Shown: positions 1 to 11,607 of the stretch, one piece after another
Layout: each line of letters begins with the position of its first letter
Position numbering within the stretch: the first letter of the stretch is position 1
Program-made: the position numbers and the translations under genes
Notes under the pieces: generated by a model
What the model was told of the DNA's origin: nothing
The model's database searches: none
The model's input: the letters and a program-made list of their open reading frames with translations, nothing else
Assembly: GCA_964016885.1 (NCBI GenBank)
Contig: OZ024749.1
Span: forward strand, 41,974,001 to 42,038,000
Direction of reading: 5' to 3'
Source: Eledone cirrhosa
Lineage: Eukaryota
Length of the DNA stretch: 64,000 bases

Positions 1-704
1 TGAAGTTCAGGATATCATCAACAATGAACCTAGGAAGTTGATGCGTGCCATTGCAAGGGAGAAAGACGTGGATGAAAAGCTCATTAGGCTGGTGGTACAT
101 GAAGACATTCGCTACGTTTCATACAAGATGAGGAAAGGACAATTTCTGTCAAAGGCGATGCAAGAAAAGCAACTGAAGCACGCAAAGAAGCTGATCAACA
201 AGTTGAAACACCCACTGGAGCCAGACATGCTGTGGTTTTTCTCCGACGAGAAAAACTTCTGCCAAGACCAGAAGATCAACTCCCAGAACAACAGGTGGCT
301 CGCTGTCTCATCCAAAGACGTGCCCAGTCATGCAGACAAAGTTTCCAGCGACAACATTGGTCTTAGGTATCGTCAGCAGTCAACGTGACGTCATGCCACC
401 TCACTTCTTCCCTGAGGGCCTCAAGCTGAACACCGATGGCTACATCCGCGTTCTGAGCGAGGTAGTAAAGCCCTGGATCGACCAGGTAGCTGTACGTCGG
501 GGGACAGTGACGAAGGCCTGTAGCCGGTTCCGAGCTACCTTGAGGCCGTCATCAAAGCCAATGGTGGGTTTATCAAGTGAGATCGAAAGAACAAGTCATG
601 AAGACAAACTGATCCAAGTTTGATAAATATATCTTAAAAAATAAAACTACTGTGTTATTTTTTCCTAGACACTAATCTTGTGAACAAATATCGTCTGCAC
701 CCTG
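1..704 (+). mobile_element. Degenerate Tc1/mariner-superfamily (maT/DD37D-like) transposase remnant with right TIR
   Basis: ORFs 38-388 and 330-623 give LWFFSDEKNF...INSQNNRW / PHFFPEGLKLNTDGYIRVL...KPWI / KACSRF. There is a frameshift near 330 and an apparent internal deletion near 495 that removes the later catalytic Asp residues. The element ends in ...gcaccctg followed by TA (704/705-706). Confidence 0.85.
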
Positions 705-710
705 TATGTC

Positions 711-785
<75 letters not shown>
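711..785. repeat. (TA)n microsatellite, representative of dozens of TA/CA/CAT tracts in the window
   Basis: Seen directly. Confidence 0.95.
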
Positions 786-788
<3 letters not shown>

Positions 789-870
789 GATCAGCTGAAA
801 AGTTCATAGGCTGACCAAGATACTCTCATGGAATGACCAAGTGAGTATATTTTTTAACATAGTCCCTGGA
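786..870 (+). mobile_element. Fragment of a mariner-like MITE (same family as 37306-37467)
   Basis: gatcagctgaaaagttcataggctgaccaagatactctcatggaatgacc is near reverse complement of about 37410-37462. Confidence 0.55.
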
Positions 871-1744
871 AAGAAACTGACCCTCACTCAATGTATTAAT
901 CACTTATAGAAGAATACAGAACATAATAATTTAAATCATTTATAACTAATCGCTTGATGGTGAAAAACTCAGGCTTTAGTTTGCACAACTATTTGACTGC
1001 TTTGCGTGTGTGTCTCCATGGCAAAAAAACTCTTTGATTTCTTTACTTTATTAATTATGACTTCTTGTTTTTTACTTTGGGACTTGCCTTCTCCAAATCC
1101 TACATTGATGTCTCGAGGATTCTTTAGTGTCACCTGATAACATTGAAATTGAAACATGTGTCGACATTAATAAAATGATTTGAAGCATCATATTTAGTCG
1201 TTATATGATTTATATATAATCCATTTTTGAATTTGAATTTGTTTTGCGAGATTTATTATCTGAAAACGTGTGTTGAAACAGATATTGAAGTGGAAACCAA
1301 CAGATGCGTGTGTTTTTATTGGCAACATGACCTTCCCAAAGTATAACAATATATATATTATGAAACCTAAGGTAGCAAAATAACTTTCATGTCTAAAGGA
1401 ATCAGAATAAATTTGTTCTGTTTATATATAGAATGACTTTTCTTCTTGTTAACTCTCTCTACAGGTTACACCTATATTATATATTTATCTTAGATTTTCT
1501 ATTTTGTCTGTAAATGTATACTATTTATTTATAACAATAATTATTCTCCATTAAATAGCTTACTTGGTAAATTGCTAGCTACCAGGCAAATATGTTCTGA
1601 ATTCATATCCTGTTTAATCAGCACAGGAAACATCTTATTTAATTAAATATTATACTAATTACCTTTGTAATTAAAGAACAATAATAAGGAAAAGAAATTG
1701 CACACACCATTAATTAAGAAACTATTATTGTCGCAGTTTAACAG

Positions 1745-1915
1745 AATAAAAGACCAGATGTAGTTTCCCAGTTTGGTAGAATAGAAGACCAGATGTAGTG
1801 TCTCAATTTGGTAGAAGACCAGATGGAGTGTCCCAGTTTAGTAAAATAAAGGACCAGATGTAGTGTCCCAGTTTAGTAAAATAAAAGACCAGATATTATG
1901 TCTCGGTTTGGTAGA
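1745..1915. repeat. Tandem repeat, about 35-36 bp unit, about 5 copies
   Basis: Unit approximately aataaaagaccagatgtagtgtcccagtttrgtag. Confidence 0.85.
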
Positions 1916-1919
1916 ATGT

Positions 1920-2290
1920 GCCTTTTTTGTAAATATTTTCATGGGAATTGTTTTGATGAGCTTTCCTCTTAGTAGTCTCATTCTTGTGAGTTTAAATGGA
2001 GCACCAGATTGGCAGTTAGGTCTTATCCATTTACAGTTGAAGTTCCTAAATGCAACTGTAAATTCTCCTCTGATAGTTTCTTCCCTCACACATCTCACCT
2101 ATGGAATTTTCTTCCAGATACTTGCTTCAGCTTCCTTTATCTTCACTTAGCTCTGCCCGGCTTGCTTTGGCACTGCCTGTTTGTTCTGGCTGTCCTTCAA
2201 CTTTGCTTGGTTCTGCTCTGCTCGCCTTGGTGTCGATCGTTCATTCTTGGTATTCTTCACTACAATTTGAAAAGATTTAAAAAACAACAT
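1920..2290 (+). mobile_element. Decayed CR1/L2/Jockey-group LINE ORF2 3' fragment
   Basis: RSYPFTVEVPKC...SDSFFPHTSHLWNFLP resembles the conserved SFFPRT..LWN.LP C-terminal motif. Confidence 0.6.
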
Positions 2291-2529
2291 TAATCATCAT
2301 CATCTCTCTCCTTGAATTATGTTCTCTGTCTGTCCTTTTCTTTTCTCAGTAACCCCGTGCACTTTTGTGCAGAAACCACAGGAGCTGACAGTTGAATATG
2401 TTCTTCCTAAATATACCAACTCTGGATCCCATTATGCATCGAGTACTACTTTGTTTAGTGTTTTTTTTTCCAGACTAAGCACCACAAGCATTCCGCCCGT
2501 CCCCTTAATCTATTTTATTTCTCAGTCTT

Positions 2530-2565
2530 TCTTCTGATGAAGGACTAGCGTCCGAAACGTTAAGA
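2530..2565 (+). ncRNA. Minimal type-I hammerhead ribozyme motif (Penelope-like-element type)
   Basis: tctt-CTGATGA-a-GGAC-tagc-GTCC-GAAA-CGT-T-aaga. Stem II is GGAC/GTCC, stem III is palindromic ACGT, stem I is TCTT/AAGA. Confidence 0.7.
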
Positions 2566-2782
2566 CCCTCTTCCTGCTATATCAAGTGTTAACCTAATAT
2601 ATACCTTCCATATACTGTACCGATTGTGTTGTTATTTCTGATGGATTAGACAAGTCAGGTCAAGTAAACCCTGTCTTGCTCATACGAATTTGTATTTTGG
2701 CTTGGGTTCTACAGTTGGATGCCCTTTCTAACACCAACCAGGTTACAGAGTGGACTGGGTGCTTTTTATCGTTGCACCAAAA

Positions 2783-2826
<44 letters not shown>

Positions 2827-3235
2827 TTATTTATATACGTATATACTGTGTATATTTATAGACATATATATTATATAATATATATATTTATATAACATAT
2901 ATATTTACAAAACGTTATTCCCTGAAGAAAGCCTAGCTTTGATTAGACGTGACTAATCGATCATCGACTGGGTGCGATTCAAAAAGAGGCTCTGTACTTG
3001 TTATTCATGGCTGCTTGCTGGCCTCACAAACCAACGTTTGTTGTTGACAGCTTTGTATATATTTATATATACATATATTCATTGGACTACCGTGGTTGTG
3101 ATCTCACCGGAAAATAACATATAAAGAACGCATCTAATATATAACACACATATAAATATATATATATATATATATATTTATATACATACACGTATATATA
3201 TATGTATATATATATACATATATACATACGTAACA

Positions 3236-4423
3236 ATGAATGCCGTCCGATTATATTTAACAACATGTCGATATGTGATGCAAGCTGATGAATGTGTGGC
3301 TGATTTATACCGATTGCTGCCCTATCTCCGTCAGGCCCTGTCATGCTGTGTCTGTGGCCAGTTACTGAAACGACCTTGTGGTCCAGACCCTAACGTTTGT
3401 CAACACTTTGTTTGTACCGGTTGTGTCGGCGGTAAAATGAACTTGAAACCTTCGTGTAGCTGGTGCAAAGACTCGTCCCTGTTTGTTGAAAACACACAGA
3501 TATGGATCCTGGTACACTGTTTCAAAAAGCTGTGTGAATACATCAGCAATTCAAGATTCGTTCGCGAACTCCAACAACCGACTGGGAGCGATGAAACAAA
3601 CGGTTTAGTGCTGCTGGTACAGGAAGCCCTGGCCTTTGAAGATAATTACGCCTCGTCCATCGAAGAAAAACTCTCCACCATCCCCTCTCTTACCACGTTC
3701 AGTCTCAAAAGAAAAGAACATCCGTCTTGTGACTTTCCTGACACCGACCTATGCCTTAAAAATAAACCCTCGCCACCAACTCCATCTCATACATCACGCC
3801 ATTCTCTCACACAGGCGCCAGACAGCCACTCTGCTATTACTTCTACTACTAATAATACTACTGGTGCTACTACTAATACTGCTATTATTACTACAACTAC
3901 TACACAACATTGCCCTGTTGTTGACACCGCCGAAGAACGGGACGAGGTTGACCAAAAGCTGTCTAACGAGTGCATCGAAAGTCAAACTATTAGCAACAGC
4001 AGCAATAGTAGTAGTAGTAGTAGTAGTAATAACATCAGTAGTAGTAATAGTAGTTGTAGTGGTAGCAATAATAATTATAAGAGAGGTGTTGCATCAGTTA
4101 GGTGTTCGACCGAGAAAAAGAAACGGTCGTTATGGAACAGTCGCGGAGAAGTGGCTTGTTTGTCTGTCCAGTGCAATGATGATGATGATAACGACAACGA
4201 CGACGATGATGATGATGACCATCACCAAGGATCCAATCCAGAGATCGACTTACAACCTCCTTGTAAAAAGTTCTGCTGCTCTGACGAAGACAACAATAAC
4301 AACCAGTCTGCTAATTCATCGAACAGGAAATTAAAAGTAGAAAATAATAGACGATCTAGTTGGAGTGGGATAATCGAAGCCGTTCACAAAAACCGTTTGA
4401 TCTCAACCCCTGGTCATTCATAA
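3236..4423 (+). CDS. MSL2: E3 ubiquitin ligase MSL2-like protein (N-terminal RING finger; low-complexity T/S/N/D-rich C-terminus)
   Basis: 395-aa uninterrupted ORF. LYRLLPYLRQALSCCVCG..L..P......CQHFVC..C.G.KM.LKPSCSWCKD...F.EN.Q..ILV.C.KKLCEYI matches the MSL2 RING signature recalled from vertebrate MSL2. Confidence 0.93.
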   Translation: MNAVRLYLTTCRYVMQADECVADLYRLLPYLRQALSCCVCGQLLKRPCGPDPNVCQHFVCTGCVGGKMNLKPSCSWCKDSSLFVENTQIWILVHCFKKLCEYISNSRFVRELQQPTGSDETNGLVLLVQEALAFEDNYASSIEEKLSTIPSLTTFSLKRKEHPSCDFPDTDLCLKNKPSPPTPSHTSRHSLTQAPDSHSAITSTTNNTTGATTNTAIITTTTTQHCPVVDTAEERDEVDQKLSNECIESQTISNSSNSSSSSSSNNISSSNSSCSGSNNNYKRGVASVRCSTEKKKRSLWNSRGEVACLSVQCNDDDDNDNDDDDDDDHHQGSNPEIDLQPPCKKFCCSDEDNNNNQSANSSNRKLKVENNRRSSWSGIIEAVHKNRLISTPGHS

Positions 4424-5155
4424 AATGAAAAAAAAAAAAAAGAATGAAAGAAAGAGGAAAAAGTCTTATTTTTTGTCCCCTCAGCACTCTCTCCTTCTTT
4501 CTCTCTTTCTTTCTTTCTCATTTGTCTCTTCTATATTTTTTTGCTATCACAACAGTCTCTGACTATTTTGGTTTAGCTTTGGCATTTAATTCAGCCCGAC
4601 TCCCTCTAGCCCGAGGGTGACAAGACAACAACTATCCCCAGCACCACCACCATCACTACTATTTGCACAATCACCATTTACAACCACCACCACCTCCGTT
4701 ACTACAACCACCACCACTACCACTAAAACCATTTCCCCTACCACTACTACCACCACTTAATCATTTCCTGTGGTTTCCTGTCATTGCTATGACACTTTCC
4801 TCTTCTTTCATCACGGTGCCTTCTCTTTATTACCACTACTACACTCCCACCCAGGGGCATCGTTATTAACATTAGAGAAATACTTTAATGGTTCTAAAAT
4901 GTTACCTCGGCCCGCCATCACAAGTTCGACTGGTATTCGTCCTTAACTTTTCCATGCAATGTATTTATTTGTGTTGCCTGTTTCCTTGTCCCTCCCTCAT
5001 TACTTGGCAGTGTTCGTGTGCGTGTTAGTTCTTATTTTCGTTTCTTTTTTATATAGTTGTTTGTTTATATATATATATATACACACACATACATACATAC
5101 ATATGCCTATAGTGCTGTATGTAAACGCGTATATATATAAACACGAATACATACA

Positions 5156-5217
<62 letters not shown>

Positions 5218-5306
5218 CGTGTGTAGTATAAAATACCTCTATGTTTACATATCGAGGGCTCCTTCCCAATTACAATTCACACTCAGACAACTATATATAT
5301 ATATAT

Positions 5307-5429
5307 ATAGGAACGAGTAGGACCCCGACGGCTGAGCTCAAGCCGTTTCGACGGCTAATTCTGGACTAAGTCCAGAATTAGCCGTCGAAACGGCTTCAGC
5401 TCAAGCGTCGGGGTCCTACTCGTTCCTAT
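5307..5429. repeat. Near-perfect GC-rich palindrome (61-bp arms, 1-nt centre at 5368)
   Basis: ataggaacgagtaggaccccgacg...ctggact-a-agtccag...cgtcggggtcctactcgttcctat. Single-arm relatives occur at about 43592-43650 and about 20815-20850. Confidence 0.9.
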
Positions 5430-5505
5430 TACCCACTCTACTACCCTAAGTATTGAGTACTTTGGTGCGTTATGGTCCACCTGGTTCCTTACCACATTTC
5501 CTTCG

Positions 5506-5559
<54 letters not shown>

Positions 5560-5836
5560 CACCAACGAAAGCTGGAGCAACGGTAGTTACGCGAAACAGC
5601 TCTGCTAGTTAGAAGAGTTGTGTAAATATGACCCCGGGTTAGGAGTAGTGGTAAAGGTAATAGAGTTCTGCGTGGGTGGGGATGGTCGTAAAGGTAACAG
5701 AGTTCTATCATCTGTCAGGTGTAGTGGGGTAGTGCTAAAGGTGCGTACGAAAAGGTAAAATAAGAGAGGACGACATTTGTTGCTAGGATGAAATGTAAAC
5801 AATGAAATCGACATATATACACACATTATATATATA

Positions 5837-5877
<41 letters not shown>

Positions 5878-6051
5878 AATGTCATTGTGCTTACATTCCG
5901 TCTACCGCTTACGAAAGATCGCCTAACATTCATTTAATATCGGTCAAATAGAAACGGAAGCGCACTTTCCCCCTCTCCTCTACCTCAACAGACGAAACCA
6001 AACAATAAACGTGAAAGTGGATGAGGAGGAGAGAAGAAGGGATAATAAGTG

Positions 6052-6096
<45 letters not shown>

Positions 6097-6150
6097 ATAA
6101 ATATATATATATATATTATATATTATTATACACACACACACACATGTATA

Positions 6151-6243
6151 CAGGGTGTCCCAAAAAATTGTATACACACACGCTGTGCATTCTAATAAAT
6201 ATTGCTTGTAAAGGTAATCTAAGTGTATACATTTTGTGGGGAG

Positions 6244-6249
<6 letters not shown>
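6151..6249. mobile_element. About 100-bp Tc1/mariner-type MITE (second copy 39578-39676)
   Basis: TIR cagggtgtcccaaaaa...tgtataca, with TA flanks. Confidence 0.7.
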
Positions 6250-6281
<32 letters not shown>

Positions 6282-6692
6282 CATTATCCTTTTTTTCTCT
6301 CATCAACTTAATTAAGGCCTCATTAAGGTAGTATCAACAACGGAAGACAGGAGGAATCTGGTACGAAAGAATCTAATAATTTTATTACGTTGATTAATTA
6401 TTGTTTATTTCGTGTCTGGTTATTAACGTTACACCCCACCATCACCACCACCATCACCATCACCACTCACCTTCTTGAAACTACTTCTTTTCCCTCATCC
6501 GGTTTTAATTAGAGAGTACTCTGTTAAAAATATCCTACTGTATACACACATACACATATATATATGTATATATATATAATATATACATATAACATTTATA
6601 TAACATATACATACATTGAACAATATATATATTTTGTATATATTATATGTAATATTTGTGTGTGTGAGTATATATATATATAAATAAATATT

Positions 6693-6937
6693 CAATGATA
6701 TTAATAAATGGAAACTGTATTTATAAAACCATATTTATTTTATTATATATATTTCAAGGGTACCAAAAACTTTGGTACCTCATCAGATAAAATACAAAAT
6801 TTGTTTTATAAATAGTGACATACCCCAGAAACCAGACCTTATCGGTTCAGGTTCCAAAGTTTTTGATACCCTTGAAATATATATAATAAAATAAATATGG
6901 TTTTATAAATATAGTTTCCATTTATTAATATCATTGA
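6693..6937. mobile_element. Inverted-repeat remnant (about 85-bp arms) carrying a hammerhead motif; Penelope-like terminal structure
   Basis: About 6693-6775 is reverse complement of about 6854-6937. A related sequence lies at 33575-33700. Confidence 0.65.
6737..6793 (-). ncRNA. AT-rich type-I hammerhead motif (stem II base bulged)
   Basis: Minus strand: ATTTTAT-CTGATGA-GGTACCAAA-gtt-TTTGGTACC-ctt-GAAA-TATATAT-A-ATAAAAT. Confidence 0.55.
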
Positions 6938-7045
6938 TATTATACTCCAGGAAATCTGTTGAGTGCTTCGAATCTGTTATAAATAAATTTGTTGAATTAA
7001 CAACAAATTAAATATCTCTTTGCTTATATATATATATATATATAT

Positions 7046-7386
7046 AAGTATATATTACACAAAGAGAAGTGTGTTACACAGTGAGATGTGTGTAAAGAAT
7101 TATTACAAGTGATTTTACCGTTACTGTATAGAGAACAATATCTACAGGTTAGCAATCAAATAGAAAAAAAACTAAGTCAGAATCAAATCTCTGGATTAGA
7201 GTTTTAAATCACAAACCTTATAACTATAAAACTCTAATCCAGTGATTTGTTTCTGAATTGGTTTTTTTCTATTTAATTGCTAACCTGTAGATATTGTTCT
7301 CTATACAGTAACGGTAAAATCACTTGTAATAATTCTTTACACACATCTCACTGTGTAACACACTTCTCTTTGTGTAATATATACTT
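7046..7386. repeat. Fold-back inverted repeat, about 160-bp arms, about 20-nt loop
   Basis: 7046-7206 is reverse complement of 7227-7386 with few mismatches. Confidence 0.9.
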
Positions 7387-7481
7387 GCATTTGAGCTCAG
7401 AAGGAAATTCTCTAATCTTCTTTGAGCTAATACTATTATTATTATTACAGTGAACTGCGGAATACTCTTAATTCCGATCTT

Positions 7482-7534
<53 letters not shown>

Positions 7535-7769
7535 CTGTGTGTGTGTGAGAGTCTCGGGGTTCAATGGGGGGTAACCACAGTAAGTAAGGTACTCAATATA
7601 TTAGTAGAGTATATACCACATATATATATATAATATTGCCTCTCTGAGAGATTCCTCTCATTGAGGTATTAGTGACTAATTAACCTTTAGTTAATATATA
7701 TGTGTGTGATTCAGAGTAAATGTTCACATAAACTAAATATATTTAAAGTGAGAGATTGATCATATAGGC

Positions 7770-8180
7770 CAGTCATGGGCAAACTGTGGCCTGTGAGCTG
7801 CCTGCAACCCATTTGGCTTTCTGAATGGCACAAAAATTTCAAAATTGTCTCGAAGTTCTTAGTAGTGCAGCCCGCCTTATGATAACCCACATCCTATGTG
7901 GTACACCTTATGATAACCCACATCCTATGTGGTACACCTTATGATAACCCACATCCTGTTTGGCACACCTTATGATAAGTTACATCCTATGTGGTACACC
8001 TTATGATAACCCACATCCTATGTGGTACACCTTATGATAACCCACATCCTATGTGGTACACCTTATGATAACCCACATCCTATGTGGTACACCTTATGAT
8101 AACCCACATCCTGTTTGGCACACCTTATGATAACCCACATCCTATGTGACACACTGCTTGGAAAAGGCTGCTCATGCCTT
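7770..8180. mobile_element. hAT-like MITE containing a 31-bp minisatellite (about 9 copies, 7875-8153)
   Basis: Ends cagtcatgggcaaac / ggctgctcatgcct; unit ccttatgataacccacatcctatgtggtaca. Confidence 0.65.
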
Positions 8181-8226
8181 ATAATTGCTTTGGATGGGAA
8201 GGACTATCTATCCATGGTTTATTTAA

Positions 8227-8668
8227 CCCTTTAGCATTTACATTACTCTATATTTACTATTATGTGAAGGCGTGTGGCTGAGTGGTTAGAGAATTGGATT
8301 CGCAATCGTAAGGTTGTGAGTTCGATTCCTGGACCAGGTGATACGTTATGTCCTTGAGCAAGACACTTTATTTCACATTGCTCCTTCTACCTGGAGTTGC
8401 GACCGATAGATAGTATTAGCAATTGGAAAGACCAACGGAAACATTGTTCCCTCGGTCCGATTTGACGAAAGTTGATCGTTCCTCTTGCTATTATATTTTC
8501 ATGGTAAAGGCTTTACCTCACACAATTATCTCATCTGATATTGAATCTATAAGATTTTGATATTATTTATTTTGAAAACCATACCTTAACATTAGTATGA
8601 GGGACTGATTATAGCCAGTTTGAACAGAAAGAGGTGAGAGAATTTTGGCCGGTTTAAATGCTAAATGG
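8227..8668. mobile_element. TTAA-flanked piggyBac-like MITE interrupted by a SINE (about 8266-8490)
   Basis: ttaa-ccctttagcattt ... aaatgctaaatgg-ttaa; the internal insert has a tRNA-like head. Confidence 0.65.
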
Positions 8669-9317
8669 TTAAACTTCCTTGTAGAGAGGCATCAATGCTA
8701 CAACAACCTATTATTATTGATGGTATACACTGTAAATATGTTAATTACTGTCTCTTCTATTGCCTATCAGGTCTCAACAAAGACCTTAGACAGTACTTTC
8801 CTGAATATATGTGTAGTGCTCCACAGAGAAGTTGTTCCTAGGAGAGCAATTTGTGATTTGATCTCTATCTGCTCAAAATATCCTTTTTTAGTGTTATCGA
8901 AACCAAAACTATTACAACTAGAATTATTTTTATCATTACTGAACATGTTAGATGACAAAATCGGTTGAGCATCAGACAAATTCCTTGCAATATTTGTTAG
9001 AACATTATTTAAATGCTTGGCAGCATTTGTCTCTGTTCTTTATATTCTAAGTTCAAATTCCACTGAAGTCAACTTTCATCCTTCTTGGGTTGATGGAATT
9101 AAGTACTTGCTAAGTATTGCTGTTAATTTAAACGACTTTCACCCCTCCCCCAATTGATGGCCTTGTGCCTAAATTCGAAGCCATTATTATTATTATTGCT
9201 TTTCATCCTTATGGGGTCGATAAAATAAAGTACCAGTAATGCACTGGGATAATTACTTGCCTTGTGCCAAAAGTATAAACAATTATTATTATTATTATTA
9301 TTAGTAAAGGTGTTAGG

Positions 9318-9510
9318 ATGGTGGATTGGCAGTATCGATAGAACGTCAGACACCATGCTTTGCAGCATGGAGTTATGGCCCTTTAAGTTCTGAGTTCAAA
9401 TCCCGCCGAAGTTAACTTTGCCTTTCATCCTTATGGGGTCGATTTAATCGACTTTCCCCTCCCCCAAAAAGTGTTGGCCTTGTGTCTAAATCAGAAACCA
9501 TTATTTTTGA
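9318..9510 (+). mobile_element. tRNA-derived SINE with Nin/Deu-like central domain; clustered decayed copies across 8960-10870
   Basis: B-box gagttcaaatcc followed by gcctttcatcct..ggggtcga. Further copies at about 13190-13410, 18170-18330, 36725-36899, 37000-37165(-), 51925-52110, 56805-56910 and 59520-59712(-). Confidence 0.75.
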
Positions 9511-11405
9511 GGATGTTAGGTGGTTAAATTGGTAGAGCGTCACACAAATGCCTTACAGTATTTGTTTATGTGCCTTTAGATTCTGGGTTCATATCCTACA
9601 GGCGTTAATAAAATAAGTATCAAATACTGGGGTCTTTTCCTCCCAAAATGTGTGACCTTTGTACCAATATTAGAAATTATTATTTGAGGGTGGTGGTTAG
9701 AGCATCGGACGAAGTGCTTTGTGGCACTTTTTCTGAGTTCAAATCCTGCCAAGGTCAACTTTGCCTTTCATCAATCTGAGGTCTGTGGGGGCATGTGGCC
9801 TAGTGGTAAGAGTGTTAGACTTACAATCATAGTGTTGTTGGTTTGATTCCTGGACTGGGTTGGGTGTTGTGTTCTTGAGCAAAATACTTAATTTTCATGT
9901 GGCTCCACTATACCCAGCTGAAAATGAGTACCAGCAGTAACTGGAGGTTTAACTCTGCGATGGACTGGCATCCTGTCCAAGGGGAAGTCTTATACTCCCA
10001 GTTGCTTCACGCCACGGAAACCAGAATAAGCACTGGCCTGATGAACCTTCGAGCCCAAGATAGATTTTAGACAATAAAATAAAATAAAGTTTAGAAAGAA
10101 TTTGACTTTCTGCACTCTGAGTTTTAATTCTACCCAATCCAGAAGAGCGTTAGATGAGATGCCTTGCAGTATTTGTTATGGCTCTTTGCATTCTGAGTTC
10201 AAATCCCACAATGGGCTCTGAAAAGGGTCATGGGCACTGTCCTTCCCTCCCTGACTAAACAGTAAAAAATCAAAACAAAGTCCAATAAATTCTATCAAGG
10301 ATTTAAGTCAAGGAAATCAGGGTTTCAATATCTCCATTGAAACTGCTTTGTTTCAGTTGCTAATACTCTCGGGGAAGGCATGATTTCCACAACTTCCTCT
10401 TTATTTTCATAACTCTGAGGTGTAATATCTATAAAGAAGAAATTATTGTTGTTGTAAAGGTGATAGATTTACAGAATTGGTAGAGCATCAGAGAAAAAAC
10501 CTTGCTGTACTTTATTACATCCCTTTATATTCTGAGTTCAAATCCCTCTGATGTCAGCCTTATGTTTCCTCCTCTTCGGCTCAAAATAAAGAAACAGTTA
10601 TGTACTGAGCCTGATTTAATTGACAGTTACCTCCCCCAAAATTGTTGACCTTGTGCCTAAATTAGAAACCATTAGGGGCGGTGAATTGGTAATATTGGTT
10701 GAGCGTCGGACAACATGCTTCGTAGTATTTGTTCTGGGTCTTTATATTCTTAGTTCAAATCCCACTTGGGTCAACTTTGCCTTTTACCCTTCCAGGGTCG
10801 ATAAAATAGAGTACCAGTTAAGTACTGGGGATCAATATAATCGATTGCTGGCCTTGTGCCAATGTTAAAAAGAATTATTATTGTTGTGGAGGTAGTGGGA
10901 AGATTCTGCGAGAATCAGACCGAAACCCAACCCTCATAATTAAGTAATCTTCCCCTCCCCCAACTCATCCAGATACCTGAATATGTTCCTCTCAAGAACA
11001 CATGTATTTTGTATATTTGCCTTATATGTATTAGACCTGTGCCTCTTCTTCCCCTCTCTTCTCCCTGTATAGCAACATCTCTCTCTCACTCTTAACACCA
11101 CAACTATCTCCACCAATTCTAACTTGTTTTACCACTATACCCCCCCCCCATTTTTTCTTTGTTGCACATCTCACCTGCACCTCCATGACCCTGTCAACTT
11201 CCATATGCATTCATGTACATACATATAACATACATACAACATACATGGACATATTAAACTAGAAGCTTATTAGCTTCCACCTCCACTGCAAACTATCTCT
11301 CACACACATTCTTACTAAACTATAAATTTATTAACCCCTACCACCACCACCACCAGCAACTTTCTCTCGCACACATTCACACAGATACACACACATAGAT
11401 ATTAA

Positions 11406-11607
11406 CCCGTTAGCATTTACATTACTCTATATATATATACTATTGTATTTTCGTGGTAAAGGCTTTATCTCACATAGTATTGAATCTATGAGATTTTGAT
11501 ATTATTTATTTTGAGAACAATACCTTAACATCAGTATGAGTGGCCAGTTTGAACAGATTGAGGTGAGAGAATTCTGGCCAGATATGGCCGGTTTAAATGC
11601 TAAAGGG
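11406..11607. mobile_element. TTAA-flanked piggyBac-like MITE (about 200 bp)
   Basis: ttaa-cccgttagcattt...aaatgctaaaggg-ttaa. Other copies at 18335-18552, about 20320-20530, about 30902-31240 (partly duplicated) and 63201-63408. Confidence 0.75.

Noticed and set aside
3636-4334. 232-aa alternative-frame ORF within MSL2
   Set aside because: It is a hydrophobic-run by-product of trinucleotide repeats in the MSL2 frame and has a non-ATG start
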